A stretch of DNA of 64,000 nt from an uncultured Clostridia bacterium (GCA_947628005.1 CANQYI010000001.1:193110-257109); one strand, 5' to 3'. Counted from the first letter of the stretch, positions 1-10,988 are shown. A program made the numbers and translations. Notes: generated from the letters alone by a model not told the origin.

Positions 1-17
1 TTAATTATTTTACTCAT
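1..17 (-). CDS. 5' end of a minus-strand gene running out of the window
   Basis: The reverse complement of positions 1-17 reads ATG AGT AAA ATA ATT (MSKII). An AAGGAG RBS lies 7 nt upstream (positions 24-29 on the minus strand). Only about 5 codons are inside the window. Confidence 0.3.
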
Positions 18-90
18 ATAAAACTCCTTTCTATTTACTTTTTTAATTGTTTTATTATATAATTAGTTTGATAATTAAATTTGACCTTTT

Positions 91-1410
91 ATGTGGGGTG
101 ATAGTTTGAAAAAGAAATTATTTATTGTAGCTCTTTTAATTTTTATACTAACATCTAATAGTCACAAGCTATATGCTGAGAAGATAAAAGATGATGAAAT
201 TTATTCATCTAGTGCGGTAGCAATAGACAGTGAGACTGGTGCTATTTTATTTTCTAAAGATAAAGATAAGAAGGTATATCCTGCCAGCACTACTAAAATT
301 ATTACTGCAATTCTAGCAATTGAAAACCTTGATTTAGAGACTCCTGTAACAGCTTCTAGGGAAGCTTTGTATTCTGTTCCATTAGGAAGTTCTAGTATCT
401 ACTTAAAAGTTGGTGAAACAATGAGTGTTAAAAACTTACTATACGGACTTCTAATCCAATCTGGAAATGATGCAGGAAACGTTTTAGCAGAAGCAGTAGC
501 ACCTGATATAGATACATTTGTTGAAATGATGAATGAAAAAGCAAAACAAATTGGATGTACTAATACACATTTTACAAACACGCATGGCTTTCATGATGAT
601 AATCATTATACTACTGCTAGCGATATGGCTAAAATGATGCAATATTGTCTACAAAATGAAGAATTTAAAAAAATTATTTCCACTAAAACTTATACGATAA
701 ATGAGACGAATAAAACTTTACAAAAAAGAGTTATGACTAGCACTAATAAAATGTTTAATAAAAAATATGAAGATATGTATTATGAATATATTATAGGTGG
801 AAAAACTGGATTTACTGATGAAGCTCAAGGAACTTTTGTTGGCTATCTAAAAAAAGATGATAAATCAATTATCGTTTCTGTATTTGATGGACCTCAAGAT
901 ATAGATGGAAATGAAGCTAGATTTATTGATACGAAAAAACTTTCTGAGTATATATTTGATGATTTTACTGAAAATGAAGTTCTTACAAATGATGATTTAA
1001 ATATAAAAATTATTGATAAAAATACTAAGAAACAATACAGTCTTGGAATTAAAAATAGTATAAAAACTTTATCAGATAACGAAAATTACAGAATATTTTA
1101 TGACATCGATGTTTTAAATTCTATAAACTATGATGATATATCATCTAAAGTTGGGAACTTTTCTATTACTGCAAAAAACAATGATAGTTCTTTCTTGCTT
1201 ACAAATTCTTATGATCTTTACATCACAAATTCAGAAGAATACAAATATTTTAATATACATGATTACTTACCAAAAATTATAATATTTCTTTTGATTATTT
1301 TAATATTATTGATAATAATAGAAATGATGAACAAATCTAAAATGAATAAAAAAGAAAAGTTTAAAAGACGTAAATTTAAAGATAAAGATTTAAATAGAAT
1401 TAATAGATAA
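91..1410 (+). CDS. D-alanyl-D-alanine carboxypeptidase (S11 serine peptidase, PBP5/DacF-like) with C-terminal membrane anchor
   Basis: Signal peptide. Active-site motifs in canonical order: SxxK (ASTTK), SGN (QSGNDAGN), KTG (GGKTGFT). Hydrophobic C-terminal anchor. Possible alternative TTG start near 106, preceded by a GGGGTGA RBS. Confidence 0.85.
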   Translation: MWGDSLKKKLFIVALLIFILTSNSHKLYAEKIKDDEIYSSSAVAIDSETGAILFSKDKDKKVYPASTTKIITAILAIENLDLETPVTASREALYSVPLGSSSIYLKVGETMSVKNLLYGLLIQSGNDAGNVLAEAVAPDIDTFVEMMNEKAKQIGCTNTHFTNTHGFHDDNHYTTASDMAKMMQYCLQNEEFKKIISTKTYTINETNKTLQKRVMTSTNKMFNKKYEDMYYEYIIGGKTGFTDEAQGTFVGYLKKDDKSIIVSVFDGPQDIDGNEARFIDTKKLSEYIFDDFTENEVLTNDDLNIKIIDKNTKKQYSLGIKNSIKTLSDNENYRIFYDIDVLNSINYDDISSKVGNFSITAKNNDSSFLLTNSYDLYITNSEEYKYFNIHDYLPKIIIFLLIILILLIIIEMMNKSKMNKKEKFKRRKFKDKDLNRINR

Positions 1411-1444
1411 TATTATTGGAAGAGGATTGCTCCTCTTCCTTTAA

Positions 1445-2383
1445 TTATTCTGTTTCACTAGTAGTAAATTCCTCGTTGATAATTCTTTGTGTTTCTTCCT
1501 CATCTAAAATCCAGAAAGATACCCAATAAGGTGTAGTTGCATCATAAAATTTACCAGGGGCAGTATAAGTTATAATATTATCCATGTTGACTTTCTTAAT
1601 ATCAGAAACGTATCTTAATGCTTCCTTCAATGTTACGTTTGTTTGAGTATTTTCAAGTGCTATTTGTATTAAATCTTTTATTTTACCAACATTCTTTGTT
1701 GATAAAACTTGAGATATAAAACTTTTAATAAATTCTTGTTGTACTCTAGTTCTTTCAATATCTCCACCAGCATACCCTGTTCCATCGTTATTTTTTCTAA
1801 ATCTTACAAATTGTTCGGCCTGTGAGCCATTTAATTTTTGCGTTCCAGCAAAAAGATTTATATGTAGATTTTGTGTAGGATCGTCATATTTCATTCTCAT
1901 TGGGACATTTACTTCAACGCCTCCAATAGCATCTACCATTTCTATTAACATTTTACTGTCAAAGAATAAGTAATAATCTATTTTTACATTAATTAGATTT
2001 TCTACTTCTTTTACTAATTCATTAATATGATTTCCCCTATATATTGAATTAATTTTATTTCCTGAACTAGCAGTAGGTTTACTACCACTAATTGATGTAT
2101 CTCTTGGAATTGACAACATTCCAACTTTACCAGTCTTTACTTCATATCTTACATATATTATAGTATCTGTCATGTTATCATTTATACCACATACCAATGC
2201 ATTTATGACTTCTTTTTTGTTACTTCCTATAATTTTACCTGTTAGCTCATTAAATTTTTCTTCAATAGATATATTAAATACTGTTAATATACCAAATGTT
2301 ATGAGACCTAAAACAAATAGTACAATAAAAACTTTTGTAATTTTGCCTATTATATTTTTCTTCTTCCTGTTTCTTCTTCCCAT
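1445..2383 (-). CDS. LCP family protein (LytR-CpsA-Psr cell-envelope polymer transferase)
   Basis: Short cytoplasmic N-terminus plus TM, then an LCP-like core (…GMLSIPRDTSI…, …DYYLFFDSKMLIEMVDAIGGVEVNVP…). Family call is from memory of LCP proteins. Confidence 0.75.
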   Translation of the reverse strand: MGRRNRKKKNIIGKITKVFIVLFVLGLITFGILTVFNISIEEKFNELTGKIIGSNKKEVINALVCGINDNMTDTIIYVRYEVKTGKVGMLSIPRDTSISGSKPTASSGNKINSIYRGNHINELVKEVENLINVKIDYYLFFDSKMLIEMVDAIGGVEVNVPMRMKYDDPTQNLHINLFAGTQKLNGSQAEQFVRFRKNNDGTGYAGGDIERTRVQQEFIKSFISQVLSTKNVGKIKDLIQIALENTQTNVTLKEALRYVSDIKKVNMDNIITYTAPGKFYDATTPYWVSFWILDEEETQRIINEEFTTSETE

Positions 2384-2390
2384 TTTTTTA

Positions 2391-3035
2391 TTATTTTAGT
2401 CCTCCTACGATTATATTTACAAATATATTATTGTTATATAAAAATTTAGTTAACATACTTGAATCAATCATATCTGTAACCATTTTTGTAAATGGTACTG
2501 TAGAAACAAAATATATTATAGCAAGAACTATATAAATTTTTACTAACATTTTTAATATTCCAAAAATTACTCCACCTATATTATTAACACTGTTTAGTAT
2601 AGGTAAATTAAACACAACATTTAATATCATTTGTAAAATATATGATATTAGTGTTACTATAAAGAATATCAACACAAAACTTAATCCCTTTAATATTGTC
2701 ATTGTAACATCATCTGAGACTTTTTGTATTTCTTCTTCGTTTGCTACTTTATCAATTAAGATACCGTAAAAATCAATTTTTTCTTCTTCAGCTGAATCTG
2801 AATTGTTTAAATTTTCTTTCACTAAATTATTTATTTGGTCTTTTATAGTAGTATTAATCCCTTGTCCAATACTTGTACTGTACAAAGATTTTGCAACAGA
2901 AGTTTGTAAAATTAATGCTAATACTATTGCGGCAATCATTCCAATTACACTAAAGAGAATACCTATTAGACCTTTTTTATATCCAAAGAATGCTCCTATA
3001 ACTATTAGAGCTAATATTATTATATCTAGTATCAT
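2391..3035 (-). CDS. CvpA family membrane protein
   Basis: N-terminus MILDIIILALIVIGAFFGYKKGLIGILFSVIGMIAAIVLALIL is typical of CvpA. Multiple TM segments. Confidence 0.7.
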   Translation of the reverse strand: MILDIIILALIVIGAFFGYKKGLIGILFSVIGMIAAIVLALILQTSVAKSLYSTSIGQGINTTIKDQINNLVKENLNNSDSAEEEKIDFYGILIDKVANEEEIQKVSDDVTMTILKGLSFVLIFFIVTLISYILQMILNVVFNLPILNSVNNIGGVIFGILKMLVKIYIVLAIIYFVSTVPFTKMVTDMIDSSMLTKFLYNNNIFVNIIVGGLK

Positions 3036-3048
3036 AGCAATTTCCTCC

Positions 3049-4350
3049 TTATAAATTAACTATATATATTTTATTTGTATATATTAGAGCTATACTTTTT
3101 AATCCAAATAGAACAACATCTTCAGGAGCAGAATTTATAAGTATACTCTTTGTCTCTATTCCCCACTTATTTACTACTTGCACATCATTTTGATGTACTA
3201 TGCAACTTAATAGGCTATTATTTTTTACAATTTTAGGAGAAAGTCTAAGTTCTAAATTTCCTATATTACTATTATCAAATCTTAGAGTTGAGAATATATA
3301 ATTATCTGAATCATTTAACTCCTTTTCTATTGCAAAATAATAATTATTTGACAGTCCAACATATAACATTTGGTTTGAATCATAAGCTCTGATTTGTTCA
3401 ATATTACCAGTATTAATATTACATTTTATAATTTTACTGTCTAATAAAATAAGTAAGTCATCTTTTATCATTTTAAAATCGTAAGCAAAGCAATTATCAA
3501 TATTTGCAACTTCCTTCATAGTTCCTTCACTTGAAGTTGAATCTATTAAATATATGCTTAATCCGATTTTAAATGAATTAGAATTAGCCTCAACTAATAG
3601 AACTTTTTTTGCATTATCTATTAATTCTAGTTCAATTATAGATTTAGTATTAGGGTAAGTATTATATAATAAATTACCATTTTTATCATATACACCTATT
3701 ACCTTTTTGTACTCATTTGTAGAATAGTCAACAGCAAAATTTCCATTTTTATCAAAATATAGTTTTGAAATTTTACCTTCAACTTTCATGTTAATAGTTT
3801 CTTTCTTATCTTCAAATAAATAAATATTTCCAGTAGAATTATTTGTAACTGCTATAAATCTATCTTTAATGTATATACTTGGTGTAAATTGTTCAGCTAA
3901 GTTATATTCCCAAGTTTTCTTTAAATGCTTATTATAAGTATATATTTTATGATTAGAATATACTAGTAATTCTGACATATAAGTATCATAAATATCATCT
4001 GATGATGTTATAATATCAATTTTATTATCTTCAGATAATTGTACCTGTTTATGCAAATTTATACCAAAAATAGGAGCAAATTCAAGGAATAAAAATATTA
4101 TTAGGGCTGTTGCTAAAACAGCAATTATAATTATATTTTTATTGAATTTATATTGAACTTTTTCTTTAGCTACACTATTTAATCTTTCTTGTCTTTCTTT
4201 CTTTTCTTTAGCTTTTTGATTATTTAATATCTCAATTCCTTCATTTATATCTATACTTTTATCATCTATTTTTTCTAAATCTAGCTTTACCTCTTTTGCT
4301 GTGCTACTATTTTTCTTTAATTCTTCTCTATTTACTTTTCTTCTTCCCAT
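3049..4350 (-). CDS. hypothetical membrane-anchored protein (Lys/Glu-rich N-terminus, one TM, large beta-rich C-terminal domain; possibly DUF5711-like)
   Basis: Long ORF with a hydrophobic segment IIIIAVLATALIIFLFLEF. Overlaps the rarA 3' end by 23 nt, suggesting co-transcription. No recognisable catalytic motif. Confidence 0.5.
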   Translation of the reverse strand: MGRRKVNREELKKNSSTAKEVKLDLEKIDDKSIDINEGIEILNNQKAKEKKERQERLNSVAKEKVQYKFNKNIIIIAVLATALIIFLFLEFAPIFGINLHKQVQLSEDNKIDIITSSDDIYDTYMSELLVYSNHKIYTYNKHLKKTWEYNLAEQFTPSIYIKDRFIAVTNNSTGNIYLFEDKKETINMKVEGKISKLYFDKNGNFAVDYSTNEYKKVIGVYDKNGNLLYNTYPNTKSIIELELIDNAKKVLLVEANSNSFKIGLSIYLIDSTSSEGTMKEVANIDNCFAYDFKMIKDDLLILLDSKIIKCNINTGNIEQIRAYDSNQMLYVGLSNNYYFAIEKELNDSDNYIFSTLRFDNSNIGNLELRLSPKIVKNNSLLSCIVHQNDVQVVNKWGIETKSILINSAPEDVVLFGLKSIALIYTNKIYIVNL

Positions 4351-5587
4351 AATATTTCTCCCATTTCTTTGGAATATAATATTCTTTATCTTTTATATTA
4401 TCAGGCAAATATTGTTGTTTTACATATCCTTCATCATAGTCATGTGGATATTTATAATCTATTCCTATACCAAATTTTTTCATATCTGATGCTACTGCAT
4501 TTCTTAAATGTAGTGGTACAGGGCCTACATCCATATTTCTTACATCTTCTATAGCTTGATTTATACCTAGATAACAACTATTTGACTTTGGACTCATTGC
4601 AACAACCACTGCTGCATGTGCTAAAATTAATTTTGCTTCTGGCATTCCTATTTGATGAACCGCGTTCATTGCAGAAACAGCAGTAATTAAAGCTTCGTTA
4701 TTTGCTGTTCCGACATCTTCTGAGGCCTGTATAACTATTCTACGAGCAATAAACATTGGGTCTTCTCCACCCTCAATCATTCTAGCCAAATAATGTAATA
4801 CTGCATCTGGATCACTTCCACGCATAGATTTTATGAAAGCAGATATTACATCATAATGAGATTCTTCAGATTTATCATAGATAGTCTTCTTTTCTTGCAT
4901 ACAATTTTTTATTACGTCTTTATCTATTATAATTTGTCCGTTTTCACTTGCTTTAGTAGTAAGCACAGCTAATTCTAAAGCGTTAAGAGCAGTTCTAACA
5001 TCTCCATTTGTAGTCTTACTAAGAAGAACTAATACATCGTCTGGAATTTGTACATTATAATTACCAAGTCCATTTTCTTTATTTGTTACAGCATTCTTTA
5101 ATATATTATATATAGAATTTTCATCCAATTCTTTTAATCTAAATACAGTTGACCTAGAAATTAAAGCCTTATTAACTTCAAAATAAGGATTTTCAGTTGT
5201 TGCACCTATAAGGATTACAGTTCCTTTTTCCACATATGGTAAGAGTGCATCTTGTTGTAGCTTATTAAATCTATGTATTTCATCTATAAATAATATTATT
5301 TTTCCTGTAGGATTTGTGAATATATTACCTGCCTCTTCTGCTATTTTCTTTATATCAGATACTCCTGCTTGTGTCGCATTTAATTCCACAAATCTATTAT
5401 TTGTGGTATTTGCTATAACCCTTGCAAGAGAAGTTTTTCCACAGCCAGGAGGTCCCCATAATATTATAGAAGTTAATTTATCTGCTTTTATTAATCTATA
5501 TAATAATTTATCTTCACCTACTATATCTTCTTGTCCATAAAATTCTTCAAGAGTTTTAGGCTTCATTCTATATGCTAACGGTTCCAT
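4328..5587 (-). CDS. rarA: replication-associated recombination protein A (RarA/MgsA AAA+ ATPase)
   Basis: Walker A GPPGCGKTSLA, Walker B ILFIDEIHRFNK, and the conserved RarA C-terminal region (…MRGSDPDAVLHYLARMIEGGEDP…). Confidence 0.9.
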   Translation of the reverse strand: MEPLAYRMKPKTLEEFYGQEDIVGEDKLLYRLIKADKLTSIILWGPPGCGKTSLARVIANTTNNRFVELNATQAGVSDIKKIAEEAGNIFTNPTGKIILFIDEIHRFNKLQQDALLPYVEKGTVILIGATTENPYFEVNKALISRSTVFRLKELDENSIYNILKNAVTNKENGLGNYNVQIPDDVLVLLSKTTNGDVRTALNALELAVLTTKASENGQIIIDKDVIKNCMQEKKTIYDKSEESHYDVISAFIKSMRGSDPDAVLHYLARMIEGGEDPMFIARRIVIQASEDVGTANNEALITAVSAMNAVHQIGMPEAKLILAHAAVVVAMSPKSNSCYLGINQAIEDVRNMDVGPVPLHLRNAVASDMKKFGIGIDYKYPHDYDEGYVKQQYLPDNIKDKEYYIPKKWEKYYGKKKSK

Positions 5588-5678
5588 ATATCCCCCATAT
5601 TTAAAATAGATTTATTCAAGCCTATTATACAATAAAACTCAAGCATTATCAATAGTAACGCTTGAGTTTTAAATAATT

Positions 5679-6596
5679 CTAAAATACTTTTTTTATCTCT
5701 TCTTTAGTTATTCCATACTTTTCATATAAGGCTTTAACACTACCAGATTTTCCAAATTTATCTTGAACTCCAAGTTTAAATAACTTTTTAGGGCACTCTT
5801 CTGTTAGTATATTTGATATTATACTACCTATTCCCCCTATAACACTATGATCTTCAATAGATACTAATATCTCAGTTTCTTTTGCACATTTTATAATTGT
5901 AGTTCTATCTATCGGTTTTATACTATATAAGTCTACTACTCTTACATCTTTTCCCTGTTTTTTTAGTTCTTCCTTTGCTTCAAGTGCAATTGATACAGTA
6001 GATCCTACTGCAAATATTGTTCCATCTGTTCCATTTCCAAATTGTTTACTAGATCCTAATTTAAATTCATCGTTTAAGCTGTAAATATCTGGCATCTCAC
6101 TTCTTCCAAGTCTTACGTATTTTGGACCTGATTCGTTTAAGCATAAATCCAAAATTTTTTTCGTTGATATATCATCAGCAGGGCACAATACTGTCATGTT
6201 TGGTATAACGTTCATAAGTGCAATATCTTCTATACATTGGTGTGTTGCGCCATCTTCTCCAACTGATAGACCCGCATGTGTTGCACAAAAATTTACATCT
6301 ATTTTGGAATATGCAGCTGTATTTCTTATTTGCTCATAAGCCCTTCCAGCCAAAAACATTGCAAACGATGAAGCAAAAACTTTTTTTCCTTCTAAAGCCA
6401 TACCACATGCAGTTCCCACCATATCTTGTTCTGAAATTCCCATATCAAAATGTCTTTTGCTAAATTTATCTCTAAACATAATGGTACATGTTGCTCTTGC
6501 AAGATCTGCATCAAGTACTACTACATCATCTCTTTTTTCACCTATATGTACTAAATATTCCCCATAAGCTTTTCTTGTAGATTTCATATACACCAA
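5679..6596 (-). CDS. transketolase, C-terminal (pyrimidine-binding) subunit
   Basis: About 305 aa with a transketolase Pyr/C-terminal domain. Sits immediately downstream of the N-terminal subunit gene, the split transketolase arrangement common in anaerobes. Confidence 0.85.
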   Translation of the reverse strand: MVYMKSTRKAYGEYLVHIGEKRDDVVVLDADLARATCTIMFRDKFSKRHFDMGISEQDMVGTACGMALEGKKVFASSFAMFLAGRAYEQIRNTAAYSKIDVNFCATHAGLSVGEDGATHQCIEDIALMNVIPNMTVLCPADDISTKKILDLCLNESGPKYVRLGRSEMPDIYSLNDEFKLGSSKQFGNGTDGTIFAVGSTVSIALEAKEELKKQGKDVRVVDLYSIKPIDRTTIIKCAKETEILVSIEDHSVIGGIGSIISNILTEECPKKLFKLGVQDKFGKSGSVKALYEKYGITKEEIKKVF

Positions 6597-6602
6597 TACC
6601 TC

Positions 6603-7451
6603 CTACTTTAATTCTTCTAGAGCTATTTTTAGTTCTTCATCTGTAAGTGATTTACCATGCCATTCAACTTTATTTTCCATGAATGATACTCCCTTACCCT
6701 TAACAGTATTTGCTATTATACATGTTGCAACATCAGAATCTTTAGCAGTATTTAATGCATCTATAACTTCATTAAGATTATTACCATCTATACTTATCAC
6801 ATTTAATCCAAAAGATTTTATTTTTTCTTCTAAATTATCCACACTTTTCACATCTGAAGTTGTCCCATCTATTTGCAGATTATTTCTATCTATTATTAAA
6901 GTCAAATTATTTAATTTATACTTATTTGCACTCATTAATGCTTCCCATATCTGTCCTTCTTCTATTTCCCCATCTCCACATAGACAGTAGACTCTGCCCT
7001 CTTTATTACTTACTTTTTTTGCTAGAGCCATACCATTTGCAATTGATAGTCCTTGTCCCAAAGAGCCACTGGAAACATCTACTCCGTTTATTTTATTTGT
7101 TGGATGTCCTTCTAAATTACTATCTATTTTTCTTAAAGTAAAAAGTTCTTCGTGAGGTATAAATCCCATATATGAAAGAACTGCATAATAAGCTGGTGCA
7201 GCATGCCCTTTTGATAGAACAAATCTATCTATTCTTACATGATTTTCATCTTCTGATAAATTCATCATATTATAAACTGCAATAAGTATTTCAACACAAG
7301 AAAGACTTCCTCCAGGATGTCCTGATTTTGCATCATGTATCATTTGCACTATATCACGTCTAATACTTTTTGTACATTCTTCCATTTCTTCTAAATTATT
7401 TTTCATATTTTCCCCCTCATATACTTTTAAATCCATTACCAAATACTTCAT
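6603..7451 (-). CDS. transketolase, N-terminal (TPP-binding) subunit
   Basis: TPP-binding motif region (…GDGEIEEGQIWEA…, GHP…SSGSLGQGL). Confidence 0.85.
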   Translation of the reverse strand: MKYLVMDLKVYEGENMKNNLEEMEECTKSIRRDIVQMIHDAKSGHPGGSLSCVEILIAVYNMMNLSEDENHVRIDRFVLSKGHAAPAYYAVLSYMGFIPHEELFTLRKIDSNLEGHPTNKINGVDVSSGSLGQGLSIANGMALAKKVSNKEGRVYCLCGDGEIEEGQIWEALMSANKYKLNNLTLIIDRNNLQIDGTTSDVKSVDNLEEKIKSFGLNVISIDGNNLNEVIDALNTAKDSDVATCIIANTVKGKGVSFMENKVEWHGKSLTDEELKIALEELK

Positions 7452-8280
7452 TAGTTGTTGCTATATAAAGCAAAGCATCTTTGTCTAAATCTTTTATTCT
7501 CCTCTTTAATTTAGCAACTTGCGGTCTTGTTAAAATACAAGTAATTGTAGTATTTGGAGTATTTGTATGTGCACCTAAAGACTTTGTCAGAGTAGCACCT
7601 CTATCGAGTTCTTCTATAATAAACTTAGTAATTTTTTCTTGCTTTGTAGTATATATATTCACAACTTTTGTATAATAAATTCCTTCAAAAAGTATATCTA
7701 TAACTTTTGAAGATATAAACATGGCTATAATTGAGTAAAGTCCCAAATTTATATTTTTAAATACTATTACAACCGCTCCAATTATTACAACTTCTATGGC
7801 AAGTAATACCTGACTTAAACTCTGTACAGGAAATGCTTTATAGATAACTTGTGCTAGCAAATCAGACCCACCTGTACTAGCTCCTGCTTTAAATACAATA
7901 GAAAGTCCCGCGCCCATTACTATACCACCAAATACCGCAGAAGTAAATAAATCAGTAATTTCATTATTTTTATATTTAAACATATCTAAAAATACAGATA
8001 GCAATATTGTAGCACATATAGTTTTTATACTTGATTTAAGGCCTAATTTTTTTAAAGATAAAATAAAAAGTGGTATATTAAGTACAATTGTTGTCACTCC
8101 AAGCGGTATATTAAATAGATAATATAAAATTGTTCCTATACCACTAACTCCACCTGTTGTAAGTTTTAACGGTAGCAAAAAGAAATTTATTCCAAAACTT
8201 ACTAAATATGTTCCGATTATAATAAAAATTATATCTTGAAATAATTCATTTATATTTATATAATTTTTAACGTTTTTCAT
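7417..8280 (-). CDS. YitT family membrane protein (DUF161 + DUF2179)
   Basis: Polytopic N-terminal half and a soluble C-terminal domain typical of YitT-like proteins. Overlaps the downstream tkt start by 35 nt. Confidence 0.6.
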   Translation of the reverse strand: MKNVKNYININELFQDIIFIIIGTYLVSFGINFFLLPLKLTTGGVSGIGTILYYLFNIPLGVTTIVLNIPLFILSLKKLGLKSSIKTICATILLSVFLDMFKYKNNEITDLFTSAVFGGIVMGAGLSIVFKAGASTGGSDLLAQVIYKAFPVQSLSQVLLAIEVVIIGAVVIVFKNINLGLYSIIAMFISSKVIDILFEGIYYTKVVNIYTTKQEKITKFIIEELDRGATLTKSLGAHTNTPNTTITCILTRPQVAKLKRRIKDLDKDALLYIATTNEVFGNGFKSI

Positions 8281-8328
8281 AGCAACCTCACTAACAATAT
8301 TATTAGCAAAGATTACTAATTATATAAC

Positions 8329-8796
8329 TCAAATTTCTTTTCTTAAAATATCTAAATATCTTGTATCAGTAACATATTTTTTAAATTCTGTATTTTGAAG
8401 TTGTTTAATTTTTTCATCAAATATATCACTTTCATTTAAGTACAAAATATAGCCTTCTTTTTCTAATTCCTCACATATCTCAATTTGATGATCATCAACG
8501 TGTTCATCATACTTTGAAAGTCTTGGAACAGCCAAAATTTTTTTTGATTTTTTTAGTGCAGTAAATATAGAGCCTACTCCACCATGTGTAATAATAATAT
8601 CTGATTCTTCTATTTCTTCATCTACTTTATCTTGACTCATAAATTCAACTATTTTAATTTTATCACTTTGATATTTAGTATGTCCAACTTGTGCTAAAAT
8701 CTGAGCCTTTTCTAATTCTTTTGAATTTTCTACTAATCTTAATAATCTTGTAAATTGTTGCTTTTGAGTTCCTACAGTAACAAATACTTTCATCAC
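8329..8796 (-). CDS. Alg13-like glycosyltransferase catalytic subunit (GT28 C-terminal domain; PssE/Cps14G-like)
   Basis: About 155 aa with an MVFVTVGTQ… N-terminus and an …ITHGGVGSIFTAL… motif, as in MurG C-terminal-domain-only proteins. Its start is 4-nt overlapped by the Alg14-like gene. Confidence 0.7.
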   Translation of the reverse strand: MMKVFVTVGTQKQQFTRLLRLVENSKELEKAQILAQVGHTKYQSDKIKIVEFMSQDKVDEEIEESDIIITHGGVGSIFTALKKSKKILAVPRLSKYDEHVDDHQIEICEELEKEGYILYLNESDIFDEKIKQLQNTEFKKYVTDTRYLDILRKEI

Positions 8797-9260
8797 ATAA
8801 GCCTCCCAATATATTCAGCTTTATCATATATCTTAGTTAAATCTTCCCATTGTACATAGAATTTGTCTGCTATTTTATAAACATTATTTCCAGTGATAGA
8901 CAGTGATTTAACTTTTGCTAAAGACTCTATATATATAACTTTAGTTTTAAAAAACCATTTACCTATATAGCACATTATTCCACCCGTATGAGCGCCCGTT
9001 GATACTATTGTTTCCGGTTTAAATTTAAATAATATTTTAAAACATTTAATTATATTATAGATTACAACAAATACATACTTGAAGATATAAAATCTTGAGC
9101 CATATTTTAAATATTCCATATTGTACTTATCTTTCATATTTGCTGTTGTATCATTATATTCTGTAACTAATAAATAATCATATTCATTAAACAGTGCTTC
9201 AAGCCTTAAAAGTTCTGTAAGATGTCCACCTACGCTTGAAACAAACATAACTTTTTTCAT
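8793..9260 (-). CDS. Alg14-like membrane-anchoring glycosyltransferase subunit (PssD/Cps14F-like)
   Basis: About 155 aa with a GGHLTELL motif. Partner of the Alg13-like gene in a bipartite glycosyltransferase. Confidence 0.7.
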   Translation of the reverse strand: MKKVMFVSSVGGHLTELLRLEALFNEYDYLLVTEYNDTTANMKDKYNMEYLKYGSRFYIFKYVFVVIYNIIKCFKILFKFKPETIVSTGAHTGGIMCYIGKWFFKTKVIYIESLAKVKSLSITGNNVYKIADKFYVQWEDLTKIYDKAEYIGRLM

Positions 9261-10366
9261 TAACTCTCTCCTATTATTTCTATTTTTTTATTATATTTCT
9301 TATTAAGATATATTTTATTAATCTTTTTAGGACCAATTGTCATTGATAAATATTTATTATCTACTATTAATAAAATTTTATCTGCATCTATACTATCAAT
9401 AACTTTGTCAATCTCAGCTTCCAATTTATCTAATATTAATCTTGATATAGCATATTCAGCAAAATTATCACATACAGGCCCTACTATACCATCATTATGT
9501 ACTGTAATTTCATCAGTAGATTGTAACCCAATCCTTATAATTCTTACATTTGATTTTAAGCATTCTTTTAACACTAAATATGTTCTATTTGTAGCATCTT
9601 TAAGTGTTAATGGTTTATATTCTTTGTTTTTATACATTTCATATAATTCAGTTGGATTTATAACATATACAGGATATATTCTTAAATCTTCTATTCCTAA
9701 AGCAAGAGATTTTTTTATGGTTTCACATTCCGTTTTTATAGTACTTGACGGTAATCCTATCATTATTTGATGTCCTAAAGAAAATCCAAACATTTTAATT
9801 AATCTTGAAGCTCTTATAACATCTAAACTTGTATGACCTCTTTTTGACTTTTTAAGTACATTGTCATCCATAGATTGTACTCCAAGTTCTATAGATTTTA
9901 CATTATATTTCTTTAACATCTTAAGTATTTTTACACTAATATAATCTGGTCTTGTTGACAACCTTATTGATGAAACTAAGCCACTTTCTATAAATTTGTT
10001 CGCTACTTTTAAATACATTTCTTGTTCACATATCTTAAGTCCGGTAAAACTGCCACCAAAAAAAGCAACTTGTATTTTTCTATTTTTATCATTTTTTAAT
10101 AGATCCTTAAGTCTTTCATCTATAATACTATTTACATCACTATAAGATGGAACTTTTACCTCTCCACTAATTTTTCTTTGATTACAAAATACACATTCAT
10201 TTTTACAGCCCTTATGTGGTATAAATATTGGAATCGTATACTGTTTTTCCTTATTTATTATATTTTTTAATTCCTCTTTTAATGAAATTTTAATAGATTT
10301 TACTTTCAAGTGCTCTTTTTGCTGCTTGTTGTTCAGCTTGTTTTTTTGATTTTCCAACGCCTTCAC
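9260..10366 (-). CDS. radical SAM protein (CxxxCxxC: CKNECVFC), function unassigned
   Basis: Cys triad CKNECVFC near the N-terminus and TIM-barrel-like downstream motifs. The annotated GTG start overlaps the rnc 3' end by 77 nt, so the true start may be further downstream. Confidence 0.65.
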   Translation of the reverse strand: MKALENQKNKLNNKQQKEHLKVKSIKISLKEELKNIINKEKQYTIPIFIPHKGCKNECVFCNQRKISGEVKVPSYSDVNSIIDERLKDLLKNDKNRKIQVAFFGGSFTGLKICEQEMYLKVANKFIESGLVSSIRLSTRPDYISVKILKMLKKYNVKSIELGVQSMDDNVLKKSKRGHTSLDVIRASRLIKMFGFSLGHQIMIGLPSSTIKTECETIKKSLALGIEDLRIYPVYVINPTELYEMYKNKEYKPLTLKDATNRTYLVLKECLKSNVRIIRIGLQSTDEITVHNDGIVGPVCDNFAEYAISRLILDKLEAEIDKVIDSIDADKILLIVDNKYLSMTIGPKKINKIYLNKKYNKKIEIIGES

Positions 10367-10988
10367 CTATTTTCTTACTATTAAACAAAACTTCAACCTC
10401 AAATTTTTTATCATGTTCTGGTCCGCTCTCTTTTAAAACAACATATTCTATTTTAACATTTCCATCTCTTTGTAATATCTCTTGTAACTTTGTTTTATAA
10501 TCAACATTTAAAGATTTACCTGAAAGGACTAAATTTATTTCCTTTTCCAATTTAGAGCATACAAATTTTTTTGCCTCTTCATAGCCTCCATCTTTGTATA
10601 TTGCTCCTAAAACTGCCTCAAAAGCATCAGCTATTACGGCATCTTGTGGAACTTTGCTTACAGTAGTTTCACACTTACCAAGCAAAATGTATTTTTGTCC
10701 GTCAATTCTTTTCATGGCCTCTGCTAAAGAAGCCTCACATACTATATCTGCTCTTTTTTTAGTCATTTCTCCCTCACTTATTTGGGGAGTAAAATCGTAT
10801 AGCAATTCAGATATTATATGTTCTAATATTGCATCTCCTAAATATTCTATTCTTTCATTGTATTCTACTTTTACATCCTTTTCGTATGCATAAGATTTAT
10901 GAGTAAGTGCCATTTTTAGTAAATTCATATCTTTAAACTTATAATTTAAGTTATTTTCAAACTCATCTAGTCTATTTTTATATATCAT
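10290..10988 (-). CDS. rnc: ribonuclease III
   Basis: RNase III signature ERIEYLGDAILEHIISELL plus a C-terminal dsRBD. Confidence 0.92.
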   Translation of the reverse strand: MIYKNRLDEFENNLNYKFKDMNLLKMALTHKSYAYEKDVKVEYNERIEYLGDAILEHIISELLYDFTPQISEGEMTKKRADIVCEASLAEAMKRIDGQKYILLGKCETTVSKVPQDAVIADAFEAVLGAIYKDGGYEEAKKFVCSKLEKEINLVLSGKSLNVDYKTKLQEILQRDGNVKIEYVVLKESGPEHDKKFEVEVLFNSKKIGEGVGKSKKQAEQQAAKRALESKIY